Program-made: the position numbers and the translations under genes
Shown here: piece by piece, positions 17,683 to 25,416 of the stretch
Layout: each line of letters begins with the position of its first letter
Position numbering within the stretch: position 1 is the stretch's first letter
The notes under the pieces: model-generated
The model's input: only the letters and a program-made list of their open reading frames with translations
Told to the model about the DNA's origin: nothing
The model's database searches: none
Origin: Oscillospiraceae bacterium
GTDB taxonomy: Bacteria; Bacillota; Clostridia; Oscillospirales; CAG-272
Assembly (NCBI GenBank): GCA_015064965.1
Contig: SVRG01000002.1
Coordinates: 7,983 to 71,982, forward strand
DNA: 64,000 nucleotides
Direction of reading: 5' to 3'

Positions 17683-20673
17683 TTATCTGCCGTTTTCAGC
17701 AAGCCATGCTTCCATAGCTGCCTTTACTTCGGGTGAGTTTTCAAGTTTCTTACCGTTTTCAAGTACGGGCAAGTCAAACTCTTCACGTTTTCTTGTGATT
17801 TCTTTGTTGATCGTATTTACATAACCCTGAAGTTCAACTACGGGGTCCTGTCCTTCATTAACAACAGAAAGAAGTGCGAAGTTGAGGTAACGTGCAAAAA
17901 TGTAAGCGCCGGGGAAGTTTGTAACAGCGGAGAGATTATCGAACTGCTTGAGCAGTGCTTCCTTCTCGCTTGTTGTCCAGGGCATCGAAGCAATTGCGTC
18001 TCTGTTTGCGGTATTGTACTTTGCAGCCTGACCGATTGTGGTTACGAGGTCGCTACCGTACTTACCCTGTGCATCTGAACCACAGTACCACTTGATAAAT
18101 TCCCAAGTTGCCTCAGGCTGTTCTGTACCGTGGAGCATGATGGTTGCCGCTACGGTGTTGAACGCCTCATTGTGAAGCTCCTCTACACCGTCACCGTCCG
18201 CATCGCGGTAAACACCGGGCAGCGGATGCATTTCCCAAAGACCGCTGATTTCAGTTGCGAATACTGTGAGCTGATTGTATGTAGTGGAGTAATCCGCAAT
18301 GAGAATCGGCATTTCACCGGTTCTGAAACGGTTAGGACCGTCAAATGTAAAGGGGAATGAATAGTCGGTAAAGAATCTGGTATACATCTCAAACGCTTCA
18401 AGCGCTACATTAGTGTCGAGGTCACAGCGTGTACCGTATTCATCGAAACGGTCGCCGCCCATCTGATAGAGGAAGATATCATATTCTTTATTAAGACCGA
18501 TGGACATGTTATTTGCCTGAAGTTCGGGAAGCATTGCAAGTACATCGTCCCATGTCTTGGGGATCTCAAGACCGAGCTCCGCAAGAATGTCCATACGAAC
18601 AAACATCATGTAGAAGCCCGCACGTTCGGGAGCGCCGTAAGTTGTGCCGTAAAGAGTTACAGGCTTCTTTGTCGCATCGTTGAACTGTGCCATGAGTTTG
18701 TCAAAGTCTTTGTATTCGTTAAGAGGCATTACCGCTCCGCGGATAGCATAGTTGATTACATCAACGCCCGCAGCACCGAGGAACGCATCAGGACCCTGGC
18801 CGGAAAGTACCGAAGGAAGAAGAGTACCTGCTGCTACAAGTTTAACGTCTACACCGACATTCGACTCGGAGTAAGGGGTAAAATCACTCGAAACAAGACT
18901 CTTGAGAATCTTTGCCTGGTCACGGCCTTCAGTTGTCCATACTTCAATGCTTGTAGCAGTTTCACCGCTATCAACAGCACCCATACGGCTGTAGTCGGTA
19001 AAGAAGCTTGCGATGAATGCACGAAGTTCGAACATAATAGCATCGCCAAAAGACGCATTCGCACGAGGCATTTCAGCATCAGTGGGCTGAATGAAGAAGT
19101 AGTCCATGCGGACAGGCTGGCTTCTTACACTGTTAAGCCATGTACCAAGGGTACCGATGTATGTCTTGAGGTTATCAAGATTGGGAGCAATTTCGTCTTC
19201 ATCTCTGCCCATCTTATCAAGAAGGAATGCAACTTTATCGAGTGTTGCTGTCTGAGAACCCTTTTCTCCGCAGAGAGCGGTAAGCTTTTCAGAAACACTG
19301 TAAAGCGTAATCGATTCTCTGAGCATCGTTGTGATAGTCTCGGGCATGAGACGTGAGAAGCCATAGTCGCGGTACTCATCGGGATCCGCACCGGTAAGCT
19401 TCATGATATCAAGATAGCAATTATTAATTTTTGTAAGAGAGGATTCAACAGTACTGATAACTTCAGCAAGCTGTCCAAGGCTTACCTCTAAGCGAAGAGT
19501 ATGTTTCTTTCCGCCTTCAAGGTAGAATTTAAACTCAGTGGTGCCGTCGGTAATGCTTTCGCACTTCCAGTCCTTTGAATAGTCAAAGCGGAGAGAAGCA
19601 CATTCCGCAAAAGGAATTTCGCCATCGATATAAATTGTTCTCGACGCGAACATACCGGACATATCGTTCTGCTTTGAACGCATACCGATGGTGTAAAAGC
19701 CGTCAGCCTCTACTTCAAACTCGTACTCAACCCACTGACCAACAGTCTTGAAGTTTTCAGTACCGCCCATGAAGTTGAGAATCTGGAGCTTGGGGTCCTG
19801 AGGAGAAGTGATAGCACTTGTACGGTCGGTAAGAGGATAGATCGACTCGTCCGACTGGTACTTAGGTGTTTCAGCCTCAATGAAGACAGGAGCAACATTC
19901 GCGTTTGCATCAGCCTTGCCGGCATTAGCAGCAAGATACTCCTCATATGTAGGAAGTTCTGCATAGGGGCGAAGAGTGATACTTCTCACACTCATCGGCT
20001 CACGGGTAGCCTCAAGTGCGACTGTGTTTTCTCCAGCCTTGAAGTAGAACTTGAGAGGATCCGAATAGTAACCGGACGAATCCTTAACGGTATATGTTAT
20101 CCAGTCTATAGCCGCTACGTTATCAGGGCGAAGGTCATTGCCCGAAACGTCGGTCCTGAAACGTCCGTTCTCCTCATACTGTGCGGACCAACGCTTTGTA
20201 ATAGAAATCGAGCGAGCCTCAGAATAAGGAACCTTTCCGTTGACATAAAAGATTCGCTCAACGTTGGTAGACATTTCAGTTTCACCCTCACCGAGCATCG
20301 CATTGCCGGGGAAGCAGTCAAAGTCAACCACATAAAGACCTTCAACGGGAACGTTGACAGTCCAGGTAACCTTACCGCTATCAGGGGTGTAAACGGAGTT
20401 GTCGTCCATAACCTTCACCTTTGAAGTGGAGAGTTCTTTGTTAAGGCACTCAACCGCATCAAACTCATAGGTTTCGGTTGTAGGAACAAGCGACGAGTAA
20501 TCTTCAAGATAATCCTCGTACTCACTGGTGTTCAGGATCTCGTTCCACTCAGCCATGGTACGGCCGGGCTTTTCATCCTCGGTGTCCAACGCAAACGCCG
20601 GGAAAGAAAGACAGCTCATAGCCATAACCAAAGCGAGGAAGAGAGCCAGTGCTTTTGACAGCTTTGTTCTCAT
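17683..20673 (-). CDS. giant extracellular solute-binding protein with two N-terminal beta-sandwich (CBM-like) modules
   Basis: The track ORF starts at 20862. The internal ATG at 20671-20673 has a GGGAGGA RBS and opens with signal peptide MRTKLSKALALFLALVMAMSCLSFPAFA. Two related approx 150-aa modules (VEGLYVVDFDC...IFYVNGKVPYSEA...ITLRP and ADGFYTIGMRS...IYIDGEIPFAEC...LRLEV). The C-terminal approx 450 aa look like a family-1 sugar SBP. Confidence 0.7.
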   Translation of the reverse strand: MRTKLSKALALFLALVMAMSCLSFPAFALDTEDEKPGRTMAEWNEILNTSEYEDYLEDYSSLVPTTETYEFDAVECLNKELSTSKVKVMDDNSVYTPDSGKVTWTVNVPVEGLYVVDFDCFPGNAMLGEGETEMSTNVERIFYVNGKVPYSEARSISITKRWSAQYEENGRFRTDVSGNDLRPDNVAAIDWITYTVKDSSGYYSDPLKFYFKAGENTVALEATREPMSVRSITLRPYAELPTYEEYLAANAGKADANANVAPVFIEAETPKYQSDESIYPLTDRTSAITSPQDPKLQILNFMGGTENFKTVGQWVEYEFEVEADGFYTIGMRSKQNDMSGMFASRTIYIDGEIPFAECASLRFDYSKDWKCESITDGTTEFKFYLEGGKKHTLRLEVSLGQLAEVISTVESSLTKINNCYLDIMKLTGADPDEYRDYGFSRLMPETITTMLRESITLYSVSEKLTALCGEKGSQTATLDKVAFLLDKMGRDEDEIAPNLDNLKTYIGTLGTWLNSVRSQPVRMDYFFIQPTDAEMPRANASFGDAIMFELRAFIASFFTDYSRMGAVDSGETATSIEVWTTEGRDQAKILKSLVSSDFTPYSESNVGVDVKLVAAGTLLPSVLSGQGPDAFLGAAGVDVINYAIRGAVMPLNEYKDFDKLMAQFNDATKKPVTLYGTTYGAPERAGFYMMFVRMDILAELGLEIPKTWDDVLAMLPELQANNMSIGLNKEYDIFLYQMGGDRFDEYGTRCDLDTNVALEAFEMYTRFFTDYSFPFTFDGPNRFRTGEMPILIADYSTTYNQLTVFATEISGLWEMHPLPGVYRDADGDGVEELHNEAFNTVAATIMLHGTEQPEATWEFIKWYCGSDAQGKYGSDLVTTIGQAAKYNTANRDAIASMPWTTSEKEALLKQFDNLSAVTNFPGAYIFARYLNFALLSVVNEGQDPVVELQGYVNTINKEITRKREEFDLPVLENGKKLENSPEVKAAMEAWLAENGR

Positions 20674-20848
20674 AAATCTTGTCCTCCCTAAGATAAAGCT
20701 TACACGTACGCGCACGCGCGCACGAAAGAATAGCGGAATCGCAAAAGCGATTCCAAAAAGCAAACTGCACATAATGTTCATGCTCTCACTCCGTTTTCGA
20801 CACAGAATGCGCACAGTATGTGCAATATTACCTATATTTGTATTTGTT

Positions 20849-20877
20849 ATTGTACCACGCATTCAAAGTATTGTCAA
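20849..20877 (-). promoter_or_regulatory. near-consensus SigA-type promoter of the seven-gene ABC-type operon
   Basis: Minus strand TTGACA-17 nt-TACAAT with TGG immediately upstream of the -10 (extended -10). It predicts an approx 170-nt leader before the ATG at 20673. Confidence 0.65.
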
Positions 20878-21299
20878 GAGTGACAAATCATGCATGCTTT
20901 TTGTTTGGAGCCGCATTCTTTGTTTTTTCTCTTCACATTTTATATATAAGCATCACTTTTTCAAGAATTATTTTTCGGTTTTGAAAAATCAAATACGCAA
21001 AATTCGCAAAATATGTTAATATAATTATCATTTTGCTTGATTTTTCTCGCTATTTTTCACTTCTGCGAGAGCGTTTTTTTGAAATAGTTAATTATATTAA
21101 ACTAAATATTCTCAAATTCTCCTATTGTAGCCACATTTTACCGTAGCAAAGTGTTTTGTGCAAACACCACAAAAAAAGCTTGTTTTTTTCTACAAATGTA
21201 CAATTTGCACAGCATGCACAAAACATTTCACACAAATCGGCTTGGCACCGAGAGATTAGCGTTGTTTTTTCTAATATTTCGTTTTAAAATTAGAAAATT

Positions 21300-21352
21300 A
21301 GCAAAACAAAAATCCTATTTCCGGGGAAATACCGAAAATAGGATTTGTTTTA
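21300..21352 (-). terminator. intrinsic terminator after nifU
   Basis: Long hairpin AATCCTATTT...AAATAGGATT followed on the minus strand by a T-rich run, approx 10 nt after the nifU stop. Confidence 0.75.
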
Positions 21353-21361
21353 TTCTCAAGC

Positions 21362-21817
21362 TTATTCTTCGGGAATCTCATGCTCATGCTCGTCGTCATG
21401 GCCCATAATTTCCTCAGCTTCTTTGATAACGGGGTGGTCAATTCCCTGCTTTTTGTAGTAGTCGGCAAGAGCGCACTTAACCGCCTCTTCAGCAAGCACA
21501 GAGCAATGCACCTTAACTGCCGGAAGACCTCCAAGCGCATCAACAACCGCCTTGTTGGTAAGTGCAAGCGCGTCATCAATACTCTTACCCTTGATCATCT
21601 CAGTAGCCATGGACGAAGTAGCAACCGCCGCACCGCAACCAAATGTCTTGAATTTTACATCAACAATAATGTTATTTTCAATCTTGAGGTACATCTTCAT
21701 GATATCGCCGCATTTTGCATTGCCAATCTCGCCAATACCGTCAGCGTCCTCTATTATACCCACATTGCGCGGATTGGCAAAGTGGTCCATTACCTCTTCA
21801 CTATAAAGCATACTCAT
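21362..21817 (-). CDS. nifU: Fe-S cluster assembly scaffold NifU/IscU-type
   Basis: 151 aa. YSEEVMDHFANPRNVG, GNAKCGDIM, FKTFGCGAAVATSS and VHCSVLA. The three conserved Cys of IscU/NifU-N are present. Acidic/His-rich tail. Confidence 0.9.
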   Translation of the reverse strand: MSMLYSEEVMDHFANPRNVGIIEDADGIGEIGNAKCGDIMKMYLKIENNIIVDVKFKTFGCGAAVATSSMATEMIKGKSIDDALALTNKAVVDALGGLPAVKVHCSVLAEEAVKCALADYYKKQGIDHPVIKEAEEIMGHDDEHEHEIPEE

Positions 21818-21830
21818 GGTTTATATCTCC

Positions 21831-23018
21831 TTATTTCTTTGCTTTTTTCGCCACTTCTTCATAAAGCGGACTCATATCACGCAACCTCTGAATAATCGGA
21901 GGCAGTTTTTCGAGAATGTAATCAGCATCCTCTTTTGTAGTTTCATTTGAAATTGAAAGGCGGAGCGAACCGTGCGCCCTCTCATGAGGAACGCCAATGG
22001 AAAGCAGCACATGCGACGGATCAAGGGATGCAGACGAGCACGCTGAACCGGTTGAGCAGGCAATTCCTTCAAAATCAAGCAAAAGCAACATACTTTCGCC
22101 CTCAATAAACTCAAATCCGATATTTACGTTGCCCGGTAAACGCGCATCGCCACGCGGACCGTTAAGAGTGCTGTACGGAACTTTAGAAAGTATTTCATCA
22201 ATAAGATAATCGCGGATTTCTGCAACCTTTACCATCTCCGGCAAACGTGCAATTGCATTTTCCATTGCGGTTGCAAGTCCGATAATATATGGCATATTCT
22301 CGGTACCGCCACGCTTTGAACGCTCCTGTCCGCCACCGTCTATAAGATTACTTATACGCACACCTTTTCTGACATAGAGCGCACCAATGCCCTTGGGAGC
22401 GTGAATCTTATGTCCCGAAAGAGCAAGCATATCAACGCCGAGTTCCTTTACATTCACAGGAATGTTACCAATTGCTTGAACTGCGTCGGTAAACATAAGT
22501 GCGCCGTGCTCGTGAGCAATTTTTGCGATCTCGGCAATAGGTTCTATCGTTCCTATCTCATTATTTGCAAGCATTACGGAAACAAGCGCGGTCTTGTCGG
22601 TAATCGCCGCTTTAAGTTCTTCAACCGACACAACACCTTTTTCGTCAACACCGAGATATGTTACTGTAAAGCCTTCTTTTTCAAGCGCAGCGCAGGCATG
22701 TAATGCCGCGTGATGCTCAATTTTACTTGTAATAATATGAGTTTTTCCCTTTTGTCTGCCGGCATAAGCCGCGCCCTTTATCGCCCAGTTGTCAGACTCA
22801 CTTCCGCAGGAGGTAAAGAAGATCTCCTTTGCATCGGCGCCGAGGCAAGCAGCGATTCTGCCCCTTGCATCTTCAAGTGCAACAGCCGCTTCTCTGCCCT
22901 TTGCATGAAGGCTGGAAGGGTTGCCCCACTTTTCAGTGAGATACGGCATCATTGCATCTACAACCTCACGCGAAACCGGCGTAGTAGCCGCATTATCGGC
23001 ATAAACAAATCTTTTCAT
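21831..23018 (-). CDS. nifS: cysteine desulfurase NifS
   Basis: 395 aa. YADNAATTP, SGHKIHAPKGIGALY (PLP lysine) and the active-site loop STGSACSS. Confidence 0.9.
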   Translation of the reverse strand: MKRFVYADNAATTPVSREVVDAMMPYLTEKWGNPSSLHAKGREAAVALEDARGRIAACLGADAKEIFFTSCGSESDNWAIKGAAYAGRQKGKTHIITSKIEHHAALHACAALEKEGFTVTYLGVDEKGVVSVEELKAAITDKTALVSVMLANNEIGTIEPIAEIAKIAHEHGALMFTDAVQAIGNIPVNVKELGVDMLALSGHKIHAPKGIGALYVRKGVRISNLIDGGGQERSKRGGTENMPYIIGLATAMENAIARLPEMVKVAEIRDYLIDEILSKVPYSTLNGPRGDARLPGNVNIGFEFIEGESMLLLLDFEGIACSTGSACSSASLDPSHVLLSIGVPHERAHGSLRLSISNETTKEDADYILEKLPPIIQRLRDMSPLYEEVAKKAKK

Positions 23019-23070
23019 TAATTATATTCTCCTCGTGCTTTCACTTGCACTATAATCTTTCCATCATAAT

Positions 23071-23099
23071 ATTTTATACTGTATTTATTCGAAATGCAA
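23071..23099 (-). promoter_or_regulatory. candidate promoter of nifS-nifU
   Basis: Minus strand TTGCAT-17 nt-TAAAAT, approx 50 nt upstream of the nifS start. Confidence 0.55.
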
Positions 23100-23145
23100 G
23101 CGATATTTTAAGATTTTCAAGATTTTTCAGTTTTTAATGCTTTTA

Positions 23146-23174
23146 TTGACTTTTCTTTGTTTATATTTTATACT
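23146..23174 (+). promoter_or_regulatory. candidate promoter of glcK
   Basis: TTGACT-17 nt-TATACT, approx 45 nt upstream of the glcK ATG. AAAGGAG RBS. Confidence 0.55.
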
Positions 23175-23220
23175 ATTTGAAGGAATAATAATACCACTGC
23201 TTCAAAAAAGGAGTATTTAA

Positions 23221-24165
23221 ATGTACAAAATCGGTATAGACCTCGGCGGTACAAACATAGCGGCAGGTATTGTGGACGATAACGGAAAAATACTTTTAAA
23301 AAAGTCAGTCCCCACCTGTGCATCACGCCCGAAGGAAGAAATAATAGATGACATTGCATCACTCTGTTATGAGCTAACAAGTGATGCAAGCATGGATTTT
23401 GCTGATATAGACGCAGTAGGAATTGCAGTCCCCGGCGGTGTTGACGAAAAAAGCGGTGAGATTCTTTTCACCCCTAATATTCCCTTTTCAAACATCAACA
23501 TTTGCTCAATCCTTTCCGAAAAGTTTAGCGGAAAAAAAGTGGGGGTTGCAAACGATGCAAACGCTGCAACCCTTGCCGAGGTTATGTGCGGTGCTGCAAA
23601 AGGCGCCGACAATGCCGTAATGATCACGCTAGGAACCGGTGTCGGCGGCGGAATTGTCATCAACAAAAAGATTTACAGCGGCTCAAACGGTCTTGCGGCT
23701 GAAATAGGACACTTTGTAATTGAATTCGGCGGCGAAAGATGCGGTTGCGGCAGACGCGGCTGTTTTGAAGCATATGGCTCAGCAACGGCACTGATACGCA
23801 TGACAAAAGAAGAACTCAACGAGTGCTTCATGAGCGGCGAATCCACGTTGATGGCAGAAAGCTCACGCATCAGCGCGCGCACACCCTTTGATGCATTCAA
23901 GGCAGGTGACGCGGCGGCGGCAAGAGTGATTGAAAAATACATTTCGTATCTTGCAAACGGCATTTCATCACTTATCAACATCTTCCAGCCCGATGTATTC
24001 ATCATCGGCGGCGGAATTTCGGGCGAAGGAAAGTTTCTCACCGACCTGCTCGAGCCAAAAATTGATGAAGAAGATTTTGCGCGCACCGCCCAAAAGCGCA
24101 CCAAGGTCTGCACTGCGCTTTGCGGCAATGACGCCGGAATAATAGGTGCTGCTTTTGCAGTTTGA
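23221..24165 (+). CDS. glcK: ROK-family glucokinase
   Basis: 314 aa. IGIDLGGTNIAAG ATP motif and the ROK Zn motif GHFVIEFGGERCGCGRRGCFEAY. Confidence 0.85.
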   Translation: MYKIGIDLGGTNIAAGIVDDNGKILLKKSVPTCASRPKEEIIDDIASLCYELTSDASMDFADIDAVGIAVPGGVDEKSGEILFTPNIPFSNINICSILSEKFSGKKVGVANDANAATLAEVMCGAAKGADNAVMITLGTGVGGGIVINKKIYSGSNGLAAEIGHFVIEFGGERCGCGRRGCFEAYGSATALIRMTKEELNECFMSGESTLMAESSRISARTPFDAFKAGDAAAARVIEKYISYLANGISSLINIFQPDVFIIGGGISGEGKFLTDLLEPKIDEEDFARTAQKRTKVCTALCGNDAGIIGAAFAV

Positions 24166-24176
24166 GGTTGAACAAT

Positions 24177-24437
24177 ATGAAACTTAAAAACGTATTTAAA
24201 GCTTTAGGACTTACTTTGTTTTTAGTCGCTCTTGTCATATTTATGCTTTCGCAAAATGACAAAGTGCACCCGGATACGGTTCTCTTCCCCGTTGCCTTTG
24301 GAAGCGTGCTTGCATTCAGCGGCGGTTGTCTTATCATAGGCGAGCTCATCGCCAAAATAGAAAAGCTTGAAGAGCGCGCTTTCTGGCTTGAAGAAGAAGT
24401 TCGCAAATTAAAAGAAAAATCAAATAACAAGGAGTAA
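24177..24437 (+). CDS. small membrane protein with C-terminal coiled coil
   Basis: ATG at 24177 is preceded by GAGG. Two hydrophobic helices, then EKLEERAFWLEEEVRKLKEK. No family recognised. Confidence 0.4.
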   Translation: MKLKNVFKALGLTLFLVALVIFMLSQNDKVHPDTVLFPVAFGSVLAFSGGCLIIGELIAKIEKLEERAFWLEEEVRKLKEKSNNKE

Positions 24438-24441
24438 ATAT

Positions 24442-25380
24442 ATGTCATCACTCATCACCCTCCGCTCCCCCGACGGAGCATATGAAGTTAAGATTTTGCC
24501 CTCAAAAGGTGCAAACTGCTTGCGTTTTGAGCATATTCCCTCCGGAATTTCCGCGCTCCGTACATATGACCCGGACACCGTAGAAGAACTTGACAATGCG
24601 TTTTTATACGGCACCCCGCTTCTCTTTCCGCCAAACAGAATCAAGGGTGGAAAATTCACTTTTGAAGGCAGGGAGTACAGTCTGCCGATAAACGAAGAAG
24701 CAACCGGTTGTTTTCTCCACGGCACGCTCCACGAAACTCCTTTTGAAGTTGTAGAGGTCAGCGAAAGTTCTGTGATTTGCAAATACGAGGCAACCGAAGA
24801 ATCCCCATATCTCACATATCCTCATGCTTTCTCTTTAGTTGTAAAATATGAACTTTGCGAAAAGGGATTAAAGCAGACCGTTTCTGTGACAAACAACTCT
24901 TCCCTCACTATGCCTGTCGGACTTGCATTCCATACAACATTTGCAATGCCATTCATCAAAGGCGGCGATGTAAAAAATATCAAGATGGCGCTTCCTGTAG
25001 GTGAGGAATACGACCGCGACATGTCCGATTTCTCAATGACTTGGGAAACCGTAAAGGATACCGAATTCCATGAAAGGCTCTGCAATGGCAACGTGGTGCC
25101 CGCCGAACAGTTTATCAGCCGTCATTTCTCGCGTCCTGCCGGTGCAAAACTCCGTTTGACAGACACCGCGAGCGGTTATAGCGTGGTGTATGATGCAGAC
25201 GATTCTTTCAAATATTGGATGGTTTACAACGGCGGAAACGAGGATTTTCTCTGCGTTGAGCCGCAAACTTGGATAAACAGTGCGCCGCAGGCTCCTGCAA
25301 AAATGGGCGACGTTAACATCATTGGCATCGCCGCAGGTGAAAAACGCGACTTTGTAACATATATGTATGTAGAAAAATAA
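24442..25380 (+). CDS. aldose 1-epimerase family protein
   Basis: 312 aa. GTPLLFPPNRIKGGKFTFEGREYSLPINE and FLHGTLH are typical of galactose-mutarotase-like proteins. Confidence 0.75.
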   Translation: MSSLITLRSPDGAYEVKILPSKGANCLRFEHIPSGISALRTYDPDTVEELDNAFLYGTPLLFPPNRIKGGKFTFEGREYSLPINEEATGCFLHGTLHETPFEVVEVSESSVICKYEATEESPYLTYPHAFSLVVKYELCEKGLKQTVSVTNNSSLTMPVGLAFHTTFAMPFIKGGDVKNIKMALPVGEEYDRDMSDFSMTWETVKDTEFHERLCNGNVVPAEQFISRHFSRPAGAKLRLTDTASGYSVVYDADDSFKYWMVYNGGNEDFLCVEPQTWINSAPQAPAKMGDVNIIGIAAGEKRDFVTYMYVEK

Positions 25381-25383
25381 AAC

Positions 25384-25416
25384 AAAAGCGACTGCAATGC
25401 AGTCGCTTTTGTTTTT
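25384..25416. terminator. bidirectional terminator between the convergent epimerase and blaR1-like genes
   Basis: AAAAGCGACTGCA/TGCAGTCGCTTTT palindrome followed by GTTTTT. Confidence 0.85.

Noticed and set aside
20703-20724. Alternating CG/CA tract, considered as a CRISPR repeat, Z-DNA element or assembly artefact
   Set aside because: It is a single copy with no spacer-repeat periodicity anywhere in the window. I report it only as part of the operon leader.
20674-20862. 63-codon N-terminal extension of the giant SBP ORF (track start 20862)
   Set aside because: The extension would begin inside the predicted -10 element and would translate the GC-rich leader (RARVRVRV). It has no RBS. The internal ATG at 20673 has GGGAGGA and starts a classical signal peptide.
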